Source: Candidatus Moanibacter sp. (GTDB lineage Bacteria > Verrucomicrobiota > Verrucomicrobiia > Opitutales > UBA2987). From it: a stretch of DNA of 64,000 nt. Of this stretch, positions 9,764-18,140 are shown piece after piece. Location of the stretch: contig CBDCEW010000079.1 in NCBI GenBank assembly GCA_965215885.1, forward strand, positions 25,926-89,925, read 5' to 3'. Each line of letters starts with the position of its first letter. Positions within the stretch are counted from its first letter, which is position 1. A model generated the notes under the pieces. That model worked only from the letters and a program-made list of their open reading frames with translations. It was not told the DNA's origin and did not search any database. The position numbers and the translations under genes are program-made.

Positions 9764-11581
9764 TCAGGAGGCAATCCGATGGGGTTGCGGGTTTAAGGAT
9801 TGATCCTGGCGATTACAGACTTCGAAGAGTTCCTCAAGGAAGTTTTCTTTTCGCAGGAGCTTTTTGGGCAATCGACCCACGGCGAGGGTTTTTCTGTTCG
9901 CCCGCCAGTGACTGAAGGGGGGTGCTTTCTGTGCAGCCTGGGCAAGCTTTTGGGGCAGATTATCGATACTGCCTAAAACCAGCTCCACATAGCGGGGATT
10001 GTGTAAGTTGGCCAGGAGCATGTATTCTTCGGGGAGCGCTTCAAAGTCGCGCGTCAGATTTTTGCGCCCGTGGGTTTGACGGCGTTTGCGCTTGGAGGTG
10101 CGCCAGGTGCCTTCCAGCTCATTGGTCGTGCGTACGCTGTCTGGATGGGCCGGTGGGGGAAGCAGCCGCTGCCAGTATTTGTCCAGATGAGTGACCACGG
10201 TGCGGTAGAGTTTGGCTTTCGAGGGGTTGGTCAGGGAGGCGCCTTTTTGGCGATATTGGGCACGCAGCAACTGGAGAGCCTCGGTGAGCTCAGCGGCTTG
10301 TCCTGCTTGCAACAGATAAGGGTCGCTTAAAGGGCAGGGGCCGCTGGCGCTGAGCCAAAGGGCATCGCGCAAAGCGCTGAAAATGCAAAAAGCGTTTTCA
10401 TAGATAGTAGCGGCTTCGATGACGAGGGCATCAGCCAGATACTGCTTCAACCCGGTCGAAAGATGAAAGAAGCTTCGCAGAACAGAGCAACTGGCAGGAG
10501 CGCGGGCAAGCCACTGCTCCAGGGCGGCATGGGCGCGCACGACCCGCCGATGCCAATAAAGCAGGTAAGGATCGAAGGGAAAGCCCTGGCGGTGACCGTC
10601 GCAGGGATAATCCAAAATCCACAATTGCAGGGCCATGAGCAGTTCCCGTGCAAGGGTGGGATCGAAGGGCACTGCGAGCGCTTTGGCGGTGAGCAAATCG
10701 GCCAGGACGAGGGCGTGTTTTTCACGGAGGGCGTCACGGAGCTTTGCGGTGATGTGTTTGCGTTGCTCGCGCATGCGCTCCATGAGCTTCAATTGCCGCA
10801 AGCGCCCGTTGAGCATCTGCTGGGGTTTTCGATAAAGCTGTTCGCCCACATTGCGGGCGAAATGATAATGGCAGACGCCATGGGGGGCCTGGAAGGTTTC
10901 GCTCTCGCAGGCCTTGCTGATCTGAGCGCTTAAATCATGATAGACATGGTGGGGTTGGCCAAAAGCCCGGGCCGCCCGGGCAAAACAGCCACTGATCGTT
11001 TCGCTCTGTTCGGAAGGCATTTTCCAGCTGCCCAAAAGGATCCCTTCGTCGGCTTCCTGAACAGCGAAGAAAACCGGCGTCTGCGGTTCCACGGTCCCAT
11101 CCACCAGCCAGCGCAGGCAAGGGCGAGCGCTCAGGTAATCTTTAAGCACCGGAGCGGCCGCGGCGTGCAGCCGACCCAGATAAAAAAGAAACTTCTGCTG
11201 CATCTCATAGAGGCTGCTTTGAGCAATCTGCAGCTGCCCCGGGCCCTCGCGCAGTTCCCTGTGCACCTCTTTGAGGGTGGCGCTTTCGCACAAACATCGC
11301 TTGCCCACATAGGCAATCAGATCGTAAGCGTAGCGACTATGCGAGGGCACGATCTGTTCCAGGCGAGCAGAACGGTAGCTGTTGCGGTGGCTCCCTTGCC
11401 CCTGCTCGCGCACAACTTCCACCGCCTGGAAGCATCCATAGGAGAAACTGACCACCTTGCGGCGCAGGGTCTTGCGCACCTCTGAAGGACCCTCTTCGTC
11501 CTCCCGGGCATCGAAGCGATAACTCGTTTGCGCAGGCACAGCCCCCACCGTTTGCAGGGCCCGTTCAGCCTCTGCCCGCAA
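9764..11581 (-). CDS. OrfB DDE transposase of the outer IS (MULE/IS256-like)
   Basis: VDGT (D1), YHDLS (D2), CHYHF (CxxH motif), RTTNELEG (E). The frame stays open upstream to the A9C slippery site at 11617-11625. Confidence 0.85.
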   Translation of the reverse strand: MRAEAERALQTVGAVPAQTSYRFDAREDEEGPSEVRKTLRRKVVSFSYGCFQAVEVVREQGQGSHRNSYRSARLEQIVPSHSRYAYDLIAYVGKRCLCESATLKEVHRELREGPGQLQIAQSSLYEMQQKFLFYLGRLHAAAAPVLKDYLSARPCLRWLVDGTVEPQTPVFFAVQEADEGILLGSWKMPSEQSETISGCFARAARAFGQPHHVYHDLSAQISKACESETFQAPHGVCHYHFARNVGEQLYRKPQQMLNGRLRQLKLMERMREQRKHITAKLRDALREKHALVLADLLTAKALAVPFDPTLARELLMALQLWILDYPCDGHRQGFPFDPYLLYWHRRVVRAHAALEQWLARAPASCSVLRSFFHLSTGLKQYLADALVIEAATIYENAFCIFSALRDALWLSASGPCPLSDPYLLQAGQAAELTEALQLLRAQYRQKGASLTNPSKAKLYRTVVTHLDKYWQRLLPPPAHPDSVRTTNELEGTWRTSKRKRRQTHGRKNLTRDFEALPEEYMLLANLHNPRYVELVLGSIDNLPQKLAQAAQKAPPFSHWRANRKTLAVGRLPKKLLRKENFLEELFEVCNRQDQSLNPQPHRIAS

Positions 11582-11895
11582 ATCATGTAACAGCTCCGCT
11601 ACCGCGATCGTTCCGGTTTTTTTTTGAGCGAGTAAAACGCCATCACCCGCTCAATTTGCTCCCCGCTCAGCTCTACTCCCTGCTCTTGCATAAGCTCGAC
11701 AAGCTCCTTGACCCCGGCCTCGGGATGGCCGATACAGGCGACCAGCAAAGCGATCACGACCATCGTTTCGAGCCCTTCGGGAGCTGCCTGCAAAGCGCCC
11801 CGGGGGTCCCCTGCCTGAACTTGTGCCGCTGTTCTTCGCCCTTGCCGCCGCTTTTTCTGTTCGGCCCCGCCCTGTTCCCCGGCCGAGACATACAC

Positions 11896-13812
11896 GAGCC
11901 CATTCGAAAAGCCTTTCGAGCGGGCGGTTTAAGGTTCTCCGCCACGGGCGGACCAGCCTATGGCTGGCAGGTTTCGGGTTTTAGGCTGCCGGCGCTGCCG
12001 ATGAGCAGGTATTGAGCGGCCATCGGCGTGGCTTGCTGCACAATACGTATATTTGCCGCTGTCTGGAGGCATACTCATCCCGTGGTGCTTTTTTCTCTGA
12101 GCTTCAAAGCGGTCAGATTCAGGCTGCCTGTTCCAGTTCCTCCCCTCGGCGTTTCTTCATCAGTATGATGCGGCAGAAGTTGTAGGCCAGAACCTTCTCG
12201 AGCAGTTCATCGCCTACCGCATCGATGCCGCGGCGGCCGAGTTCGCCAAAGGCAAATCCATCTTTAATCGTGAACATCAGCGACTCCACTGCGGAGCGAT
12301 CGCGGCGTGCCTCGCGATACGCCTCGCTCTCCCAGTCCTCGGGGGTGGTCAACTTCTTGCCCTTCGCCCCACTGATACTGATCTGCTTTACCCCCATGCT
12401 CAGCACCTCCTTGCGTCCCTTCGCCGAAGCATATCCGTCATCGGTGCTGACCAGTTCAGCAATGACACCGGTGCGCTTGATCGAATCGCCGATGGCCGGC
12501 GCCAGCTCAATGGAGTCTGCCGCGTTGCCTTGCGGTACGATCAGGCTGGTGACAAAACCGTTTTCGCTGCGAACCAGTTGTGGCTTGTACCCGATCACTG
12601 GATTGCGGCTGCCCTTCTTGATGTAGGCCGCCGATCCGTCCGAGAGGCTCAGGACCTTCTGTGTGGACGGTAGCTTCTTTTCGTGAAACACCCGATCATG
12701 AGCATACTCAACAACCCGCTTGGCGTCGGCAATATCGCCCCTGATCTGGCTCAATGCCCGCTCCAGAAGCTCCCGGCGAGTGGGAGGCAGTGAATCCATC
12801 GACAGGCCCTCTTCAAGATGGCTCAGTTCCCCCGTTAGTGAGTCGGCCGCCTTGCGGCCCCGCTTGAGCAACCGCCGGTAGTGTTTCTTCAGCTTGCCCT
12901 TCGACTTCGGTTTGCCCGCGGCCAGACAAATCTGAAACTCCAGCTTGTCCATTTCCTCCAGCCAACGCCCAACCCATCCCTTGCGAAAATCCTCCAGCCC
13001 GAAGACATGCAACTTCTGACCCAAACGATTGGCCCGCATCAAAAGACCGCTCAGAATCTTCCCATCGGTGGGCCAGCAGCTGTTTGCTTTCACCGAGGTG
13101 CTGTCGATCGTCAGCTTCCCGAAATCGTCCCATTGCTCCTGGAGGATAAACCCAATCTGTTTATCAAAGATCAACTCGCGGGTCGTATGGCTGACCAGGT
13201 TCACGTTCTCCAGAATCGTCGTCACCGCCGGCATTCTCAGTCCCCCGCTCTGCAAAAATCCGTACAAGCTCATCGACTCGCGCACAAACCGCCGTGCCGG
13301 TTTCGTGGTCAACGAACCCAGAAACCCTCGAATCATCACGAACACGTATACCGCATAAGCCGGCATCCGCGGCCGGCCTGCCCCAAGATTCAATTCAGCA
13401 GCCAGAATATTCTCCTCCTCGATGTCCAGCTCCGGCAGCTCCGCTGTGCGCCCTTCAAAGAACCTGCGATCTTCCAATCGAAGTTTCTTCTTCTCACGCG
13501 CATGGGCGTCCAGATCCTTCTCGATCGCCTCGATGATTTGCGCCGCGAACCCGGCCAATTCTTCAACTTCATCCAGAAAATCACGGAAATCCGTGTCTGG
13601 AACCGGCAGAATGAGGTTGCTAAGGGGCGTCTTATCGCTTTTGTTCTCCTCTGTCGCACATGTTGGCATGTTTAACTCCTTTCTTAATCTTAGGTTGTTA
13701 AACACTAGCATGTTGCGACACTTTTTATCAAGCCAAAAAATGATTTTTCTCAAGTTTTTCTTGCGCCTTTTGCGCCTCTTTGCGGCCAATCAGTAGCTTT
13801 TCGGATAAGGTC
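11896..13812 (-). mobile_element. Inner IS, 1917 bp, IS5/ISNCY-like, with 6-bp target-site duplication
   Basis: TIRs gagcccattcgaaaagc / gcttttcggataaggtc; direct repeat atacac at 11890-11895 and 13813-13818. Confidence 0.92.
12119..13669 (-). CDS. IS5/ISNCY-like DDE transposase
   Basis: GRPRMP, IDSTSVKANSCWPTD, STDDGYAS and RSAVESLMFTIK motifs; ATG 13669 is preceded by aaggag. Confidence 0.9.
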   Translation of the reverse strand: MPTCATEENKSDKTPLSNLILPVPDTDFRDFLDEVEELAGFAAQIIEAIEKDLDAHAREKKKLRLEDRRFFEGRTAELPELDIEEENILAAELNLGAGRPRMPAYAVYVFVMIRGFLGSLTTKPARRFVRESMSLYGFLQSGGLRMPAVTTILENVNLVSHTTRELIFDKQIGFILQEQWDDFGKLTIDSTSVKANSCWPTDGKILSGLLMRANRLGQKLHVFGLEDFRKGWVGRWLEEMDKLEFQICLAAGKPKSKGKLKKHYRRLLKRGRKAADSLTGELSHLEEGLSMDSLPPTRRELLERALSQIRGDIADAKRVVEYAHDRVFHEKKLPSTQKVLSLSDGSAAYIKKGSRNPVIGYKPQLVRSENGFVTSLIVPQGNAADSIELAPAIGDSIKRTGVIAELVSTDDGYASAKGRKEVLSMGVKQISISGAKGKKLTTPEDWESEAYREARRDRSAVESLMFTIKDGFAFGELGRRGIDAVGDELLEKVLAYNFCRIILMKKRRGEELEQAA

Positions 13813-14655
13813 ATACACGCAGTGACGCCCTTCATAGTATCGACTCAACCGCTTCTTTCTACAAAGCACGCTTATGGGGTTGTGCACCCGTACCCCAGGG
13901 AGGGTCTCCAACTCAGCCACCGTGTAGCCGCAAAGCGAAGCTCCCACCACCGCCTCCACGGTCTCCTCCAAGGTGCCGTGGCGCGAAAAGCGCCCCTTGC
14001 GAAAACGCCACAAACCGGCCCCGTCAAAGCGCGGAATGTCTTTCAAGCTCAGGTAGCCACAATTGGCATTGTAACTGGAGTAATGGCCATATTTTTGCAA
14101 AGCCCGATAGACCGTTCGCCGCGACACCCTCTGCTCCTTCATCAGCCTCCACACCGTGCTTACCCGATCCCGCCGTACCGCTTCGACCACCTCCCTCTCT
14201 TTACGCGAAAGCTCTTCTTGCATGCACCGGCACAGTATGGAAAGGAGGCAAAACTGCAAACTTTATTTTACATACAATGCCAATACCAACTTTCTCCAGC
14301 TCCCTTCGCTTCTACTCAATTGCCACCAGAAATCAACTCCCCGTTCAAAGCGCTTTTGTAACTGATTAATACTCAACAAGTTTCTAACTGAAAACAAACC
14401 TGCAGGAAAAGCTCTCTACCTCTAACGAACCCACACACAACAATCGTTGAAACTCCATTCTGGCATACTATGTAATCAATAGAATCTTGCAAGTGCCTGA
14501 ATAACATTTACTTTGGGTTCTCCAACCCAATTTCGTAATTATGGGCACAAGACCGGGGCAGCCAGCAATCCAAGGCACGCTAATCACATACGAAATCCGA
14601 CAGATTACTTATTGACCAAATCGACCGCATCCGCCATGCATTTTTCTCTCTTTCC

Positions 14656-16083
14656 ATGAACCGGGTCTACATCAAAACCTATGGGTGCCAGATGAACGAG
14701 CGGGACTCTGAGGCGGTCGCCGCAAAGCTGCGCAAGCGCGGCTACAGCATGGTCGAGAGGGAAGAGGAGGCCGACGTCGTCCTGCTTAACACCTGTGCGG
14801 TACGCGATAAGGCGGAACAGAAAGCGATTGGTAAAACAGGGTATCTGGCCAAACGGAAGAATAGTAACCCTGATTTTATAATCGGTATTCTCGGTTGCAT
14901 GGCTCAGAACAGGGGATCGGGTTTACTCGACCGTCTGCCCGATCTCGACCTGCTCGTAGGCACTCAGAAATTTCACCGCGTGCCCGATTATCTCGATAAC
15001 ATTATCGCCTCCCTGAAGGCACAGGGTCCAAGGCCGCGCACCATTGTCGACCTCGATGGGGAGGAGGGTTCCCAGAACACGATCCGCGAACATGTCGAGG
15101 GCAAGAGGCAAGTTAGCGCCTTTGTCTCAATAATGCAGGGCTGCAACATGAAATGCACATTTTGCATCGTCCCGAAAACGCGTGGGCGTGAACGCTGCCG
15201 CTCGATTCAAGACATCGTGGAGGAGGTCGAAGAACTGGCCGCCAGGGGCACGCGCGAAGTGACCCTGCTCGGGCAGATCGTAACCAGCTATGGACGCCGC
15301 GAGATTCCCGTCCGCCGTAAAAAGGGCCCTTTTGTCCAACTGCTGGAAGCGGTAAACGCTATCGATGGGATCGAACGCATTCGCTTTACCTCTCCACACC
15401 CCAAGGGTTTCAAGGAGGATCTGATTGCCGCCTACCGTGACCTCCCTAAACTGTGCGAATACGTCCACTTGCCTATGCAAAGCGGATCGGATCGGATTCT
15501 TCGCGCCATGCATCGGCCATACTCACGCGACCGCTATAAGCAGATCGTCGACGACCTCCGAGCATCCGTTCCCGGAATGTATTTCTCGACGGATATCATT
15601 GTCGGATTTCCGGGCGAAACGGAAAGTGATTTCGAGCTCACAATGGAGGTATTCGAAGAGCTCAATTTCGATATGGCCTATATTTTCAAATACAGTACGA
15701 GAAGCGGGACGCCCGCCGCGGAAATGGATGCCCAGGTGCCGGAGCGAATCAAAGAGGAGAGAAACCATCGGTTGCTCAAAGTTCTCGAGGAGAGTTCACT
15801 GAGACGCAACCGTTCGCTCATCGGCACGACCCAGGAAATTCTCGTGGAGGGACCGGCGCGGAAAGGCGACGGTGTCTATACCGGACGAACGCGAGGGAAT
15901 CGCAAAGCCGTATTCTCAGGGAGCGAAAGACTGGTAGGTGAGCTGATTCAAGTGAAGATAGAGCGGGCAACCGTAAGCACGCTATACGGTTCCGTCGTCC
16001 CGCAAGGCGTGGATGACTCCCAAACCTTTTCGGTCCGGTCACGAGCGCGTTCCTTGCCGGATCAAAAGGGAGTGAAACTTTGA
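14656..16083 (+). CDS. miaB: tRNA-2-methylthio-N6-dimethylallyladenosine synthase
   Basis: TYGCQMNERDSE, NTCAVRDKAEQK, radical-SAM CNMKCTFC, STDIIVGFPGET, C-terminal TRAM domain. Confidence 0.96.
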   Translation: MNRVYIKTYGCQMNERDSEAVAAKLRKRGYSMVEREEEADVVLLNTCAVRDKAEQKAIGKTGYLAKRKNSNPDFIIGILGCMAQNRGSGLLDRLPDLDLLVGTQKFHRVPDYLDNIIASLKAQGPRPRTIVDLDGEEGSQNTIREHVEGKRQVSAFVSIMQGCNMKCTFCIVPKTRGRERCRSIQDIVEEVEELAARGTREVTLLGQIVTSYGRREIPVRRKKGPFVQLLEAVNAIDGIERIRFTSPHPKGFKEDLIAAYRDLPKLCEYVHLPMQSGSDRILRAMHRPYSRDRYKQIVDDLRASVPGMYFSTDIIVGFPGETESDFELTMEVFEELNFDMAYIFKYSTRSGTPAAEMDAQVPERIKEERNHRLLKVLEESSLRRNRSLIGTTQEILVEGPARKGDGVYTGRTRGNRKAVFSGSERLVGELIQVKIERATVSTLYGSVVPQGVDDSQTFSVRSRARSLPDQKGVKL

Positions 16084-16115
16084 CCCACCCTCCGGACACC
16101 CTTTCCCGGAAGGGC

Positions 16116-16205
16116 GACCCACCCCAAACCCCTCCCAGGAGGGGATCTGTTCACTGGGGAGCTCATTTATTAAGTTCCCCTCCTGGGAGGGGACAGGGGT
16201 GGGTT
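16116..16205. repeat. REP-like inverted doublet family (cccctcc-gagggga); further copies at 49800-49893 (inverted) and 63067-63164
   Basis: acccacccc..cccctcccaggagggga...taagttcccctcctgggagggg..ggggtgggt occurs in three intergenic copies. Confidence 0.85.
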
Positions 16206-16212
16206 GCTATCA

Positions 16213-16306
16213 AGCCCGCTTTTCCTCAGTGCCTAAGCGCTAATGACTGCCGGCAGACGCGATCGAGGCGAGCCGCGTTTTCGGAATTCGCAAGAAAAGC
16301 GGGCTA
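16213..16306. repeat. MITE-like element with agcccgcttttc termini; relatives at 50434-50526 and the left half of 52328-52452
   Basis: TIR agcccgcttttc / gaaaagcgggct. Confidence 0.75.
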
Positions 16307-16310
16307 ATCA

Positions 16311-16847
16311 ATGTCCCTTTTTGCCGCCACCCTTTTGACCGGACTCTTCCTCCTATCGCTCGGGGGACTTCTAATCTGGAAGAATGCCTCCACTGGTCGC
16401 CTTGCAAAACTTTCACTCCGCTCCTTTCCCGTCACGGTCGTTTCCATGGGACTCGGGTCCGGTTGGTTTCTCTACCTCGTCGCTCATCTCGGAGAAGCCG
16501 ACTTTGGAAAATACAAAGAGATTCTCTTCCTTTTCTTTTTCGGCATCGCGCTGCTTTCCTTCTTTTTCGTGCGTGATTTCCTCGCTGTGCGGGGTGGCGC
16601 CATCATTACCCTGTTGATGGCCAGAGCGCTCCTCGATGCGGCCTACATGGAAGAACCGCAAAGCCGCCTCTTCCTTGTTAGTTTCGTCTACCTCTGCATC
16701 GTTTTGGCCCTCTACCTGGGCACGGTGCCGTATAAGCTTAGAGACTTCCTCGAATGGCTCTTTGCTCGGACCACGCGCACCAGGCTTTTCGGTTCCATCC
16801 TTACTCTCTACGGCCTCCTCCTATGCGGAGTGGCGTTTGGTTACTAG
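16311..16847 (+). CDS. Hypothetical integral membrane protein
   Basis: 178 aa with ~6 hydrophobic segments; its stop overlaps the gmk start. Confidence 0.8.
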   Translation: MSLFAATLLTGLFLLSLGGLLIWKNASTGRLAKLSLRSFPVTVVSMGLGSGWFLYLVAHLGEADFGKYKEILFLFFFGIALLSFFFVRDFLAVRGGAIITLLMARALLDAAYMEEPQSRLFLVSFVYLCIVLALYLGTVPYKLRDFLEWLFARTTRTRLFGSILTLYGLLLCGVAFGY

Positions 16848-17470
16848 TGGCACAAAGTAGAGAGAGCAATTCCCTCCTCCTGATTGTTTCCGGTCCCGCG
16901 GGAAGTGGCAAAACCACCCTCTGCGAGCGTTTAATTGGAGAATTCGGACTCCAGATAGGGCAAGTTATAACTTCTACAACGAGGCCGCCTCGTGAAGGCG
17001 AAAAAAATGGTTTAGACTATCACTTTTTCTCAGAAGAAGAATTCATGCGAAGAGTAGACGCGGATGAATTCTATGAGCGGGCCCAGGTGTATAACTTCCA
17101 ATACGGTACTCTAAAATCTGAAATTCAGGAGAAGCTCCTTGTGGGTATCGACCTGCTCCTCAACATCGATGTTCAAGGAGCCGCCAGCTACCGCGAAGCC
17201 GCCCAATCCGACCCTCTGCTGGCGGAGCGACTCGTGACCCTCTTCGTTAAACCGGAGAATCTCGAGCAGCTTCGAGAGCGTCTTCAAAAAAGAGGTTTGG
17301 ACGATGAGCAGACGATTCGGGAGCGCCTTAGCACGGCGAAAGAGGAATTGGAGCACTGTCCCTGTTTCGACCATCAATTTACAAGCCACGATCGCGAAGA
17401 GGATTACCGGAATCTCAGGCGAATTTACCTCCTCGAAAAAAAGCGGCACGAAGAAGGTCTATCTCGTTAA
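16847..17470 (+). CDS. gmk: Guanylate kinase
   Basis: SGPAGSGKTT P-loop, TSTTRPPREGEKNGLDYHF, YGTLK, NIDVQGA; GTG start at 16847 overlaps the upstream TAG. Confidence 0.95.
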   Translation: MAQSRESNSLLLIVSGPAGSGKTTLCERLIGEFGLQIGQVITSTTRPPREGEKNGLDYHFFSEEEFMRRVDADEFYERAQVYNFQYGTLKSEIQEKLLVGIDLLLNIDVQGAASYREAAQSDPLLAERLVTLFVKPENLEQLRERLQKRGLDDEQTIRERLSTAKEELEHCPCFDHQFTSHDREEDYRNLRRIYLLEKKRHEEGLSR

Positions 17471-17546
17471 GTAAGCTTCGTCGAATCGGAAGCAGCGAAG
17501 CGTCCTCGCAGTTCGTCGTCGTAATCGTAGTCGAAGATCGAAAAGA

Positions 17547-17728
17547 CTAGCCCGGACATTTCACACACTTCGTAGCGAGACAGCGTAGATTGCTGCATAT
17601 TAGAGCCTTTCCGCAGGGCGGCGGGCGACAGCGTGTTGGAACCCTCTGAGGTCGGCGGGCAAGGGAAGGCTTTGATATGTAGTGAGATCCGCGGTCGTAG
17701 TAGAAGGTTTGTGAGATGTTCGGGCTAG
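17547..17728. repeat. ~180-bp MITE with tagcccggacatttcac / gtgagatgttcgggcta termini; second copy 24233-24412, partial copy ending at 52452
   Basis: Two near-identical direct copies with TIRs, bounded by TA/CTAG. Confidence 0.88.
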
Positions 17729-18140
17729 ATCGACCGGAGATCACGATTGAAAGCCACGATGAGAGAGGGAAATCCTCATCGATCTTCCGTCGGGATCATA
17801 ATCGTGATCTCCAGTCGATCTTCAAACTTTGTCGAAGGGCCAGTTCTAAGAGAGATGCCGGTGGCTCCGAGTTCTTCGACCGACGAAGTTTACGACAAAG
17901 TTTGGGTGGGCATCAACCCCAAACGGTATTTTCGAAGATTAATCTTGCCAGCGAAAAAGACGGCGATAGCTTCACTGCCTCTTTCTTAAAAGAAGGCCTC
18001 CCCCACGAGAGAACTCCCGCTCTTCGAAGCGCTACGTTTCCGCTCTATTTGCCTTGGTAATACCTAGTATAGCTTATTTCCTCAGGCTAAGAGCCTGTCG
18101 GACTCTGCCGCCAGGCTCTTAGCGACAGATCTTAGGTAAA

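Larger units (their letters stand above)
11599..14223 (-). pseudogene. OrfA of the outer IS, split by the inner IS (233 aa when rejoined)
   Basis: Removing 11896-13812 and one atacac copy joins ...YYEGRHCVY to VSAGEQGG... in frame; N-terminal HTH-like VSRRTVYRAL. Confidence 0.85.
9656..14554 (-). mobile_element. Outer IS (~2.98 kb without the nested element), MULE/IS256-like DDE, two-ORF organisation
   Basis: Perfect TIR ggtcttgtgcccat (9656-9669) / atgggcacaagacc (14541-14554), extending imperfectly to ~33 bp; encodes OrfA and the OrfB transposase. Confidence 0.85.
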
